Assembly: GCA_964016885.1 (NCBI GenBank)
Contig: OZ024742.1
Span: forward strand, 80,104,001 to 80,168,000
DNA length: 64,000 nucleotides
Reading direction: 5' to 3'
Source of the DNA: Eledone cirrhosa
Lineage: Eukaryota
Made by a program: the position numbers and the translations under genes. Within the stretch, counting starts at the first letter, position 1. Every line of letters begins with the position of its first letter. The notes below the pieces were generated by a model. The model saw only the letters and a list, made by a program, of their open reading frames with translations. It did not search any database and was not told the DNA's origin. Of this stretch, positions 1 through 13,814 are shown piece by piece.

Positions 1-72
<72 letters not shown>

Positions 73-204
73 CATACTAGCAGTTTAGCCCGGCGTTGCT
101 CGGGTTTGTTCATTTTCTATGAATAGTGTTACATACAGGTGAACTTGGCTTGAAAGCGAATAGTAGGTTTATCAATTAAGTGCATAAAGCAGTTGAACCG
201 GTTA

Positions 205-3200
205 TTAAAAGTTAGCATTTTGGACAATCAATGAAGGGTTAATAATCTCTTCCAATACGAATTTAGCAGACCAATGTTGCAAGATTATCAAGTGGGGCGT
301 CAGTGACTTGACGACCATGCGAGTACCGTTGCACTGCTTTGGTGGACGCAAGTCCCTTATTAGCATAATGGGACAGCCAACCCTGAGCTTAAGGATGTGA
401 GGTGGGAGCCCTGGGGGCTCAAGGGAATGTAACAACTCAACCAGATAATTAAAAATATCGTTGGGGTCTGACGTCCGGTCGATAGATTTGAAGATGTGCT
501 CTTTACCGGGAATCTTTTCAATCAGCTGCTGGTTAATAAAATTAACCATGGCATTTTTCGGAGCAAGGATGGCTCTTTCGCTGAGCCTATCGATGTTTTT
601 AAAGTTAGATGAGACATTACGAAAAACTGCTTCCCAAATGTCATAAGGGCTGCTCACAATTTTGCACAGGGAGTCAATTGCGATGCCGCCCTTGTCATCT
701 ACAGGGACCTTGCCCTTACCACCAAGTGCTAAAACGTTCTGAGCAAATGCTGCAGACATGTTGTCACCATGCAAATGAGCACGCATATTTGTGCTCAGGT
801 ACAAAATCTTCCCCTGTGGCCACAACGTGGACGCTTTAGGCAGGCACGCACTTCATCAGCTCTTGTCCCTTTAGGGATGACATGCAGCGTTTGCCGAAAA
901 TCCCCTGATAGCAGAAGGGTTACTCCACTCATAGGAGCTGTAGAATCCCTAATGTCTTTCAGGGTCCTGTCCAATGCCCCAAGGGCACCCTTGTGTGCCA
1001 TTGTGCACTCATCCCAAACAATGAGGCAACATTTTCTGAGGACCAGAGCTTCGTATGAGCTCTTGTTGATAATGCATGTTGGTGTCTCAGTTTTTACTAA
1101 ATCCAAGTGGAGTTTAAAGGTTGAATGTGCTGTCCTGTTTCCCGGCAGCAAAGTAGCAGCGATTCCGGAAAATGCAACGGCCAAAGCAATTTCTTTCTCC
1201 TGACGAATCTTAGCGAGAAACAATTTCGTTACAAAAGTTTTTCCGGTACCCCCAGGAGTATCGAGAAAGTAAATACCCCCAGTCTGATTTTGAACCGCGT
1301 CAATGATAGTTAAATAGGCCAACCTTTGGTCCGATAGAAGTTTGGGCTCATTTTCCTCTAAGTATTGGGAAAGAGATTCGATGTCATATGCTGTTTCCCG
1401 CAACAAATCGGGCCAACGTGTTAGCTTCCTCTCTGACGGTTGACGGCAAGCCATACGCCGCCAACTCACTCCCACCCATGTCGAGGAGGGCGTCCCCGAT
1501 ATCAAAAGGTTCCATGTTGTAGATAATGTCGCTGTAAACAACTTCCACTGAAGGATGATGCAGGTGAGCCAGGCGCAGGACGTTCTCAGACATCAAGTCT
1601 CTGTACTTGACCCATAAAAACTTTTGGGATCACCCAATTCACACTTTTGAACCAAAATGGCAAAGAGTTCCCGTATACTTTTAGGTGATTTCAACAGTTT
1701 TGAGGTCCTGAAAACTTTATGGACCTACAACTTCATGCAGAAGAAGACGGAGATGAAAGCATTCATGCTGACTTGGGGGCACATTGTAAACCGTTCCAAG
1801 ACAGCTGTCAAATTTTACACCAGGATGTCTTTCAACAGCCTGACCTGACTTCCTTCGCACCCAAGTGTTTTTCGACCATATAAAGTTGGATGGAACATGG
1901 GGAGTACACAATTGTTTGCGCAAATGTCTCGAACTGGCAAAGTTTGAAGAAACCCGTCAGAGTGGTCTCTTTAGGATCGGCTGCCAACTTGGCGGCAGTT
2001 TGGTCCGTACAGTAAACCTTTTGCCCATTTTTCAAATATACCGCAAGCGGTACGATGGTGGGGTGCCGTTGGTGTAGGGTAAAGCAAATAGGCGCCAAAA
2101 AGATTCATTGCTACTGATGTAGCGCCCCGCCATGTATTCTGTGACCCCGTCCTTGCTATTTTCAGCTTGAAATGCGAACAATGCGGCAGCAGAGCCCTTA
2201 TTTACATATTTGCATATGTATTTTATCGACTTGACGGAGTTGCAAAACTCAACGTTGATGTGGGCGTTGAACATCTTTAAGCGAAGCGGGCAGTAAGGGA
2301 CCACCCATCTATTGTCGACTTGACCTCCTTTTACTGTTGTGGTGAAGCGACCGTTCTCGGGCCGTCTTCACCTGTACAGGGGTTACCCGTCACCACCAGT
2401 CTAGGTCTCGTCAACACATTTTGGGGGCTATCCCTTACTGCACAACCCCCCCTTTCAGACATGTCTGATGCTCATTATGACCCGACGCACACGCACCATG
2501 AATCATATTAGCTTTGACGATGTCATGTAATTCCTGGTCAGTTGCTGGGTTAGGGACTTCAGCCGAAATGAAGCTGTCTATGGCATTTGAATTGATTTTA
2601 TCAGCTAACCAAATCAAAATGTGAGCATGTGGCAGCCCTCGGTTTTGCCATTCGACGGTGAACATGTCACATTTTACAGCCCCTTTTTGATTAAAGCCAT
2701 GAGTTTAGCCAGTTTCAGTCTAATAATTTTGCCAGGAAAAAGTTCACGGGTTATTTCAACCCATTTCCGATTACACGTGAATGTAATGATCTGGGCGACC
2801 GTAATGGCGCACAAACGTCATGGCATCCTGGGTTATTTCGTGCATGTATCGGGGCCCCCCAACGTAGCTAGAGGGAAGGATACAAACCTTCACAAGGTTC
2901 CGGGGATCTGCATCATTCCTTATGCCATCACGGAGGTGAATGTAACATTCAGAACGCAACTGTTTCTGATGCGTGTGAATGAAGCATAACCTTTCAGACT
3001 CCATTTTTGCAGCCATATCAACTGCAAACTGATGGAAAAGCTCTCGTGATCTATGAATATGATTAAAACTATTCTGTCTGATCATGAAGCGGTAGGAATA
3101 AAAATCCATACAGGGTACGCTTGTATTTGACGTCTCGTCAGGATTGTTTAACGTCTCGTCAGGATTGTTTGACTTGCTTTGAGGAATGCTGAAATGGAAT

Positions 3201-4438
3201 CCGTCTTCCCCACAAACAAAAAGCAGTGGATATTGTAGGCTGTCGTATGACCGATGCGTTTTACAAATCCTGTGCAGCGTATCGTCAAGACCTTTAATGA
3301 CAATGTCCCTTTTCTGATGCTGGGGCGTTATAGCGGCGAGCATGCTCCCCCAGATGGCCTTTTCTCAGCATCAATAATGATGTTGAAGTTGGGTACAGGT
3401 GTTGATTCCAAGGCATATTTGAAGCTCTGGACATAGCTGTTGTTTTCATGAAGCATGCGTTGAACAGATTTACTTTTCTCAACCATTTACTTTTGTCAAC
3501 AGATTTACTTTTGTCAACAGATTTACTCTTCTCGCCGTTAGACTTAGAAATAATAGAAATACGCATGTCAGCCTGTCTATTGTAGTCAGTTATGAAGTAG
3601 ATTTGGAGAAACGCGGACTTTCCCGTTTCTTGAGGCTGGAGTGATCCAATTAGATGGTATATCTGTCCCTGAACTTTAAATGTGGGCATCCACTCTTCTT
3701 CTCTGACAACACGGCCCCGCAAGAGTTCATCTGAAAGGCACAAATGTCTTTTCTGATGAGTTCAAGAAAATATTTTGACCTAGGAGTTGTGCCAGTAAGA
3801 GGTTCTTTCAAAGGCTGCGGTGGGTCCTCTAGGTGGAGTAAATTAACCTTGCCATTGGAGCAGCATATTCCAGGTGGTTCTCCAGCCCACCTATTTGCAC
3901 TACAGAACTTGCAAGTTAAACTCATATTCCCAATCTGGATGTCAGGCCGCATTGAGAGGTTAAGTGTTGGATCACAATTAAAAGCTTTTAAAAGCCAATA
4001 TGAATTGTTTGGAATTTTTATGCCCCAAGCAGTTTCTTTACGCCGATTGTTCTTTTCTAGTATAATATTGCGATCGTTGAGTGATTCTTCGGCTCTAGCA
4101 GCGACAGTAGCCACAGCATTATTGGAATTACGAATTGATTTTTGCTGTTCATTTTCGGTAGCTCTAGCAGCGGCAGTAGCCAGAGCATACCGGGAATTAC
4201 GGATAGAACGGTCTAAATCAACAAGCTTAGCATGCGACGAAGTATAGTAAGATGTATTGCTGGCTAGACGCTCACTACGCTGGTCGTCGGTTTCAGCAGC
4301 TCTCCTATTTGCTGAACGTAAAGCAGTTTGTGACAATCGCAAATCAGTTTCCTCCTGCGACTCATTCAACCGTCTTCTTTTCTGTTTAGCTGCATACACC
4401 ATTTTACAACGAAGTGAGCATCTCTTTTTTGGGGGCAT
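205..4438 (-). pseudogene. Helitron RepHel protein (HUH replication initiator + PIF1-family helicase), multiply frameshifted
   Basis: Motifs appear in order across ORFs: CKFCSANRWAGEPPGICCSNGKV (Zn), PTFKVQGQIYHLIGSL, SYDSLQYPLL, ILPSSYVGGPRYM, VEWQNRGLPHAHIL (HUH), KSIKYICKYVNKG (YxxKY), FLDTPGGTGKT (Walker A), WDECTM, GDFRQTL, RAILAPKN, GLPPHILKLRVGCPIML..CNGTR. The helicase C-terminus is missing. Confidence 0.95.
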
Positions 4439-4582
4439 TATATCTGAAAATGTTAAACAAAAACCTTATGAAATTCGAAACTAAATGGTAAACACAATTG
4501 AATGGAAGATGAAATGGCAACGAAAAATAAGTAAATGAAGATGCAATATTCAAACAAAATTGGGGGTAGGTATGACTAATTA

Positions 4583-6458
4583 CAACGTGTAACAAAAACG
4601 AATTTTTTCTCTGTAATCACTATTTTGTGTTACTTAGGTCACAAATAAATAAAAAAGTGCTATTAAACAGTTAAAAGTTTGGGTTTGTAAACATTCTAAG
4701 CTGTTCAATAGAATTATTTGTATGCTGGATTTTACTTTATGTAAGTTTAATTTGTTTATGTTAAATGATTTTTTTATATATGTTTCAGGTTAAATTAAAA
4801 TTATAAAATAAAGAGTAATACATAAAGAAAATTATAGAAGTGCAATAAAGTATAAAATTGTTAAAAAAGTGGATTAAATAGATTTATTGATACTGAATTT
4901 TCGCACCCTAAATAAAGGGTAAGTTGTGTTTTAAGCATTCGCCTCCAGGATTAAGCAGTGGAATTTGGTCAAGGAGGAAGTGAAGGTAACAAGTCCGAGA
5001 AGTCGACACGAACCTTTCTCAGGCTTTTACACTCTTAGGGATGGCCTCTGCTTCTGCCATGACGTGCCTCGACTGTTTGAAGTTATTGGGGTGCCGTTTG
5101 GCGGCTTTTTATAGACAGCTCCACCATAAGTTTGAAGGCTGCCCTCCTCCACAATGGACACACGTTCCCGACACTGCCCCTAGCTCATTCAGTCTGCCTT
5201 AAGGAAGATTACTACAGTGTGAAAGTCCTCTTGGAAGCTCTGCAATACAACCAGTACAATAGGGAAATCATTGGAGACTTCAAGCACAAGTTTGAAATTG
5301 TCCTCCTCCACAATGGAGAGGAGTTCCCGATACTGCCCCTAACTCATTCAGTCTGGCTGAAGGAAGATTACTACAGTGTGAAAGTGCTCTTGGAAGCTCT
5401 GCAATATAACCAGTATGATTGGGAAATCATTGGAGACTTCAAGATGGTGGCTTTCCTGCTTGGACTCCAAAGAGGCTTTATCAAATTCCAATGCTTCCTC
5501 TGTCTTTGGGTCAGCAGAGCCACCTCTGACCACTACAAAAGATAGAACTGGGAGCAGCGAACAGATTTTGTAGTTGGGACCCAGAACGTCATGTAGGAGC
5601 CACTGGTTGATCCCAGGATTGTGTTCATGCCGCCACTGCACATTAAGTTGGGGTTGATGAAGCAGTTTGTGAAGGCTCTCAACCAAGAATCAGCCGCTTT
5701 TAAGTACCTTCTTGAGTTCTTCCCCAAGTTATCTGATCCCAAAATCAAAGGTGGAATTGTTGTTGGATCTCAGATAAAGAAGGTGTTTGAGTCTACCGAG
5801 TTCTCCAATAAGCTCAATAGGATTGAGAAAAGAGCATGGAACTGTTTCAAGGCAGTTGTTAAAGGCATCCTGGGCAACTACAGGGCTGAAAACTACCTGC
5901 AACTGTGGCGGGATCTGATAAAAGGCTTTTGGCGCCATGGGATGCAGGATGTCGCCTAAACTCCATATGCTGGACGCTCACCTGGAAAAATTCAAGGACA
6001 ATATGTGCGACTACTCAGAAGAACAAGGCGAACGATTCCACTAAGATGTGAAAGAGATAGAGCGGAGGTACCAGGGCCACTACAATGAAAAAATGATGGG
6101 GGGACTATATCTGGGGGCTAGTGCGGAAATGTGACCTGGACTACAAGCGCAAATCCAGGAAATCCAGTCATTTCTGACGTGTATAAGTTGCTTTATAAGT
6201 GTTATTTGTTTTTAATTATTTGCTTTTGATAAGCTTTTGTAATAAAATAAATATATACTCTGTTGATTTAATTATATGAACTGATACATTTTAAAAAAAT
6301 GCGTTTTTTCTTGAAAAATATGAACATTTTGTAATATCAAAGTGATGACCACAAACCCAAACTTCTATGTAAATAATATTGTTTCTTCATAATAATGAGA
6401 TATGACAAACCGGGAAAGGAAATTTAGAATCGGGGAACAAAGAGTAGCTTACACGGTG
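4583..6458 (+). mobile_element. CMC-superfamily (Chapaev3-like) DNA transposon, internally deleted, nested in the Helitron
   Basis: Terminal inverted repeats CAACGTGTAA (4583-4592) and TTACACGGTG (6449-6458) match at 9/10. A TTA duplication flanks both sides (4580-4582, 6459-6461). Transposase remnants lie inside. Confidence 0.75.
4935..6177 (+). pseudogene. Chapaev3-like DDE transposase remnant
   Basis: Motifs: RLFIDSSTISLKAALLHNG, GDFKMVAFLLGLQRGFIKFQCFLCLW, PPLHIKLGLMKQFVKAL, KLHMLDAHL...SEEQGERFH*D. Contains stops, frameshifts and an internal duplication (~5143-5284 vs ~5302-5443). The family name comes from my recollection of these motifs. Confidence 0.75.
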
Positions 6459-6738
6459 TTATCTACCAACTGGTAGTATTTGGATGGAAATATTTGACTT
6501 TATATGAAAAGAAAAAAAAACATTAACGCACATAATCAGTGTATTCGGCAGAATTGCCAGAACTGCAACACTATAGGTGTTGTCATATTAATATTTAACC
6601 AATTAATGTCTTAGAAAATAAATAATTTAAACATTCCCATTCATATGTCTATAGCATTAATCTGTTATATGAAGTGTTATTTTGCGGGTTGTTATTTGCA
6701 ATAAGCCGATTGAAAATGCCCCAGATAAGCCGTATGTC

Positions 6739-6968
6739 AATACGGAATACTCAATGCGGAACGCTCAATACGGAACGCTCCACTGCAGTGCTGTCATATA
6801 GGGAGTGAGGAGCGACAGAGAGAGTAAAGAAGTTAAATTATAGAGACGGGGATTATACGGAACGCCCCATTTGATCATACACATTGTTTCTCTCTCTGCA
6901 GTGTTGTCATATAAGGAGTGAAGAGCGACAGAGAGCGAGTAAAGCAGTTAAATTATAGAGAGGGGAAT
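6739..6968. repeat. Subterminal Helitron tandem repeats (14-bp x3 and a ~70-bp block repeated ~115 bp apart)
   Basis: AATACGGAACGCTC-like unit x3 at 6739-6780; CTGCAGTG.TGTCATATA.GGAGTGA.GAGCGACAGAGAG...AAATTATAGAGA occurs at 6783 and again at 6896. Confidence 0.8.
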
Positions 6969-7145
6969 GATCATGAACGCTTTTTGCCCTTATTGTTGAT
7001 AGATTTGAAATTTGTTTGCTTCATGACCTTTTCCTGAGCAAAAGCAATAATTGTCGCGACTTTGAATAGAATCTGTTGGAAATTGTCGGCGTGAATCCGT
7101 TACATATGTTAACACACACATCCTCAGATTTATATATATATATAA

Positions 7146-7203
<58 letters not shown>

Positions 7204-9117
7204 TCGAAGAAATTGATGAAAGAGAAGCACGCCGTTAAAATACATTTATAAAAAGCTCTTACATATGCTTCCCCATATGGGGCTCGTCTGAGTCTTTTAA
7301 AAGACTAAATAATTTAATAATGAACCCTGCACGGGTATGAGTAAGATTTTAACATCGAAAATCATAGCTCGGTTTTACAGAGTCTAATGTTTATCTTTAT
7401 GAACAAGGGATGGAATTACGGTGCTATTTAGAGTTATCTGTTAAATTAATGACCACTATTACAACAGGTTTGTTCCCACTTAGAGAATATGACAACTCAG
7501 TCAAACTTAGCAATTTCCTCGCCACACTTGGCAATGTCGTAACCAATGGTGGTAACCATGACCGGCACACTAGTATTGGGAGCAGCACACGGCATTGGAA
7601 AATAATTACCGCACATGTAGTGTGACCGATGACAGCATTAGCGACCTTAACAGCACGAACAATCGCAGAAGAAGGCACCGTAGCATACGACGTACGCATG
7701 GTACCGCCCTGCATGTCCATAGCTATGGTAATGCCAACTACAATAATAGTAGCCGTGGTGCTGATAATATTAATAATAATAATATTACGGTGGATACTAA
7801 CAACCACCACCGTAGAGGTGACCGTAGTAAGCACTGCAACTGTCACGACCCTGCTAACTATCCACTTCGAGGCTATTGCTTAACTAAAAGTGTTATACAT
7901 AGATGTACTGTTACTAGTCATACTAGTGTCAAATGTTACATAGGCGTTTTTGGTCGTTCAAGACTATATTTAGAGCGCATCTCCAATCTTTTATGAATGA
8001 GAAGCTAAGATACTCTACGTCGCTCGCCAATTACATCACCCAATTGAACGACTCTAGCATTATCTTTGTCAACCAGGCAACATCCTACAATTTCAGGTAA
8101 AAATGCCAGCTCTGTATTATGGAACTGTACAATATAGTGCAAGCACCCCCGGATCTCACTAACAGTCGGACCGAAACCGTCATCAAGTGCGGCCATAGAC
8201 TACAGTAGTCCCTCTACAGATGGACCCCGATTAATACTCAAACATCATAACAAAACGGCCTCGTACACTGCGCCCTGGCAGGACTTAAAACGGTGGGCTC
8301 AAAATTAAGCATCTTTGAACAATACCGTCATCCAACCCCCGTCGTCCCTCCAGGATGCTGCACTCGCATGTTCAGGCGGGATTAACTTGTGGTGTTCTTC
8401 TACACTAATTGACTAAACACTGAGTAACTTTGCATAATTGATGATTATATCATTTAAACACTGTAGACGTATGATCATGTAATTATACAGGGCCCATTGT
8501 ATATGACATTACTTTTCTCGGTTCTTAAGCCCACGTGGAAAAGGCAGCTTTATACTAACTAAGACTAGTGTATAGTCTATAATGACCCTAATCATAATTA
8601 ACACTCACATTCATACCTTAACAATGCCTCATTAAATTGAGTTGCATAATTAAATTAGCACCTTGTAACTAGAAGTAGGAACAGAAAGTGTAATAGTGGT
8701 CATTAATTTAACAGATAACTCTAGATAGCACCGTAATTCCCTCCCCTTGTTCATAAAGATAAACACTAGACTTTTAAAACCGAGCTATGAATTTCGATGC
8801 TAAAATCTTACCCATACCCGTTCATTATTGCATCCCTTACTCTTTTAAACGCCTCAGACGGGCCCCACTGGGTGAAGCATCTGTAAGATCTTTTTATCTT
8901 TTTATAAATATATTTTAACGGCTTGCTTCTCTTTCATCAACTTCTTCGATTATAATTCCTCTGCTTAACTTCGCACACTAAATATTAACGCCTCTAATAT
9001 TTAACCCTGTTTGCATAAGCATCGAGCACAAATGCACTTGCTTTTTGCAAATAATCAACTGTATCGTTTGTCTGTATACATTTTCTTTCCATCCTCTCCC
9101 ACGATACTGTAACTTTT

Positions 9118-9120
<3 letters not shown>
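7204..9120 (+). mobile_element. Penelope-like element 3' fragment (GIY-YIG) with inverted pseudo-LTR copy
   Basis: ORF 7595-7996 ends CNCHDPANYPLRGYCLTKSVIHRCTVTSHTSVKCYIG and continues in another frame as RAHLQSFMNEKLRYSTSLANYITQL. 7204-7465 is an inverted copy of 8690-8949. (TA)n flanks both sides. Homologous to 59402-60700. Confidence 0.85.
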
Positions 9121-9148
<28 letters not shown>

Positions 9149-9151
<3 letters not shown>

Positions 9152-9515
9152 GAAAAAAATGAAACGAAATTTCATTTCTCACTCTTAGTACGGCTGCTAC
9201 TTAAATATAAGTATGTATACGTACATACATATATGCGTACAAACGTACAGTAGTATGTATATATATATACATACATGCACACATATATATATATGTACGT
9301 ATGGATTCACCGAACATTTATTATAATGAGCAACGATGGTTGCTAGACACTGTACGGCTTAATACTGGATGTTTGTTTACAAACACACCGAGCATTATAA
9401 TAAATGTTCGGTGAATCCATACGTACATATATATATGTGTGCATGTATGTATATATATATATAGATACTACTGTACGTCTGTATACATATATGTATGTAC
9501 GTATACATACTTATA
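9149..9515. mobile_element. Foldback non-autonomous element, same family as 53340-53978 and 46420-46810
   Basis: Arms ~9205-9327 and ~9393-9515 are reverse complements; (TA)n on both sides; no hammerhead segment in this copy. Confidence 0.8.
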
Positions 9516-9540
9516 TATATATATATATATATATATATAG

Positions 9541-12114
9541 CACAGAAATCACAGAAATAAGGGAAAGTAATAAGATTAAAAGAAGAAGGGAGACTAAGGA
9601 CAAAGAAAATAACCAAGTCGAACACACAGCCACACAAAATAGGGTAGATAACAACAATGAGCCAGTGGAAAGAGACAGGAGTAATTATGAGAGACATAGA
9701 AACAACCATGAGGCTGTTGGTGGAAATAGAAATAGAAACAACACAACTAACAATAACAATAGCACTAGTACACATAAAGCAGCAGCCTGGAACTCTACGT
9801 TTTATAATCCCTCCGATAAATCGTTCGACCTGCGACGAGTCCACGTCACGACTTTACCATTTAACAAACGCACGCAATTGCCGTCGCAGGTCGATGAACA
9901 AACAGAAGCATAATAGAATGGAGGCCCAGCAACTGGGAGAAAAATCTGCAAATGGCTTGCGTAAGCTCATGCAGCGCTCGCGTAATGGAGATATAGCATG
10001 CTTTCCAACAGACAAGTCTGGCAGAATGTCGGTTGACAGCCTGCCAAACTACATCCAGGCAATGCAACCCCACATCACTAACACAAGAGAAGTAACACCA
10101 CAGGAGCATGAGGATAGAGAAAAAGCCCTCAATGCCCATATGGTGATGTGGACGAATATAATGCAGCCCAACAAAAGGACTGCCAACAACTTCCAGGCCT
10201 GGAACAATGACGTGCCGGCGTTGTATGGGCTTCGAAAATACCATAAAACGGGCAGTGACCCTGTCGCGGGACAACCAACACGGCCAGTCTGTGGAGCTAA
10301 CATTGCTAGTAACTACAGACTGTCCTACTTCCTCTCCCTGATCATACGCCACATCATTGAAATGTCCCCATATGTATGTGACAGCACAGAGGACCTCCTC
10401 AGCAGAATCGGCGTCAGTAACCGATCTAGGGACCTAACAAACTGCATAATAGGTAGTATGGATGTTGTGTCCCTGTATCCATCTATTGACGTGGATTTTG
10501 CTGTGGAGAAATGCGTAGAAATGATCAGTGAGAGCAATGTTGAGTTCCGTGGGATTGATACGAGTGAGCTGGGACACCTACTTAAACTTACCTATAGTAA
10601 TAATTACCTAGACACATATGACCTTAGCAACCTGGGCCCTACAAGACCAGCAAGAGGCAGACCACCTACCATTACCTCAATGGCCAAGAAAACCCACACA
10701 GATAGATGGAACGGGTAGACCAGAGCCATACGGACACCCGAAAACCACGATGAACTGAAGAAAATGATTGCACATGCGGTAGGGGCCAGCATAAAACTAA
10801 CCCTTAAAGAACATATGTTCAAATTTCATGGAAAAACATATGCCCAAGAGGAGGGAGCAGCCATTGGTGTTAGCATTGCAGGCGACATAGCTAACTTATT
10901 CAAGGTATGGTGGGACAGTAGACTTAAACTTAAACTTAAAGAACAATTAGAAGACCCCTTAACCCTGATAATGTACTCCCGCTACGTTGATGATATAAAC
11001 CTCGTAGTTAAGACACCCCTACTAGAGAACAGTCAGAAATTAGAGAAAAACACAATGGAAAGCATCCAGCAAATAGCTAACTCCATCCACCAGAGCATTA
11101 GAGTTACTATAGACTACCCAAGTAAACACGCCAACCATCGATTACCTGTACTAGACACAGAGCTCTGGTTAGATACCATTAATAATAAAAAAACAAATCC
11201 TCCATTCCCATTATGCCAAACCCATGACTTCCAAACATCTGATCCACCGAAACTCGGCCGTTTCGGACCATACCAAAATCAACATACTGATTGCGGATTT
11301 GGTACGGGTGATGAGAAACGTTTCCCGCATGTGCAACCCCGAAGAACTAGAGAGACACATACAACACTTCATCCACCGTATGCAGTTCTCTGGCTACAAC
11401 CAGAGAGATAAAATCAGAGTGTATAAAGGAGCCAGAAACAAATGGGAAAAAATGGGAAATAATGACATAAATGGGACCTGCCCCTTGTATAGGAGCAAAT
11501 TTTGGAATAGAATAGAAAGAACTAGGAACATGGCTAATAGAATAAACTCATGGTATGATAGCAACAAATACCAGAGTGTAATGTTCATCGATACAACCCA
11601 TAGAGTTGAATTAGCTTACAAATTTAGAAGGGCCCTAAATAAACATAAACTCAATATTAAGATCGTAGAAAGACCAGGTACCTCCGTAAAAACACTCATT
11701 AGCAAGACATACCCTTTTCAAAGACCCTCATGTATAGATAAGAAATGTATAACCTGTAAAATAAGCCCCCATATTAACTGTAAAACTAGAAATGTAGTGT
11801 ATAGCATAAGATGTACCGAAGGACAATGTAGAGACAAAAATATAGTGTACATAGGTGAGACAACTCGTAGTGTAGGGGAACGGATAAATGAACACTGGCG
11901 AGAACTTCAAGATAGTAAAGAATCATATGTACTCTACCAACATGCTAAAATAGAACACAAGGTTAAATTAGAGAACATAGAAATACAAATATAATCTACA
12001 CACAGAAAAGACGCAATGTTTAGACAAATTACAGAGGCAATAAACATAAAAGAATTACAACCAAAATTAAATAGAAAATATGAGTGGAACAGCAACATCA
12101 CAACTTACAATTAA
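9541..12114 (+). pseudogene. PLE reverse transcriptase-GIY-YIG endonuclease polyprotein
   Basis: Motifs: PTDKSGRM, LYGLRKYHK, PTRPVC, SMDVVSLYPSID, FKFHGKTYAQEEGAAIG, SRYVDD, LPVLD, C..C..C.TRNVVYSIRC, YIGETTRS..ER..EH, RQITEAINI..LNRKYEW. Lesions: frameshift ~9890-9915, in-frame TAG at 10716, frameshift in poly-A ~11190, TAA at 11992. Confidence 0.92.
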
Positions 12115-12315
12115 GGACAGAATGAAAACACACACACACATAGAACAAACAACCAACCAGTAACATGTAAATAAACAAATAAATAAATGAACATAAACAC
12201 ACACAGACACCCGGATGTGGCGCATGCGCAGACTGGGCACACAACACACACACAGAAACAAGATGCCGTAGGACAGAACAAAGGAGAGGCACAGAAACAA
12301 AGAAAGGAATCCCCA

Positions 12316-12358
12316 GTCACGGAAGAGGTCACAGAGTGTGTGACGAAAGAACTATGAC
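12316..12358 (+). ncRNA. Minimal type-I hammerhead motif in the PLE pseudo-LTR (core mutated to CGGAAGA)
   Basis: GTCA CGGAAGA G GTCAC agagtgt GTGAC GAAA GAAC TA TGAC; intact CTGAAGA versions occur in the 57-59 kb array. Confidence 0.65.
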
Positions 12359-12584
12359 AATATATGAATAATCATCTGGTTGTGGAACCAACCAACCAAC
12401 CAGAAATTTATAAATTTATAAATTTATTATAAATTTATTATAATAAATTGAAGTGAAAGCAACTGGTGCGTGTGTTTCTTATTGGCAACATGACCCTCCC
12501 AAAGTATAACAATATCGGTTTCAACACACGATTTCAGATAAAGAATCTTGCTAAACAAATTCAGAAACGAAATATATATATAGA

Positions 12585-13798
<1,214 letters not shown>

Positions 13799-13814
13799 CA
13801 TATATATATATATA

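Larger units (their letters stand above)
77..7140 (-). mobile_element. Helitron (rolling-circle transposon), decayed autonomous copy
   Basis: The minus-strand 3' end reads CCCGAGCAACGCCGGG hairpin (89-104), 8 nt, then CTAG|T (77-80). Rep and PIF1 helicase ORF fragments lie at 205-4438. A Helitron-like 5' end (TATATATAAATCTGAGGATGTGTGTG) merges into (TA)n near 7140, so that boundary is approximate. Confidence 0.85.
9540..12573 (+). mobile_element. Penelope-like retroelement (RT + C-terminal GIY-YIG), 5'-truncated, possibly Nematis-like
   Basis: RT-EN coding remnant followed by a 3' pseudo-LTR carrying a hammerhead motif (12316-12358); both ends abut (TA)n. Confidence 0.9.

Noticed and set aside
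3753-3775. CTGATGA...GAAA inside the Helitron
   Set aside because: It is antisense to coding sequence with no stem II pairing, so a chance match.
5132-5959. Host gene captured by the Helitron
   Set aside because: It has transposase motifs, its own TIRs and a TTA duplication, so it is a nested DNA transposon.
10716-11994. Programmed readthrough or selenocysteine recoding in the PLE ORF (as in Naiad PLEs)
   Set aside because: The stops are TAG and TAA rather than TGA, they come with frameshifts, and the endonuclease is C-terminal. Ordinary decay explains them.
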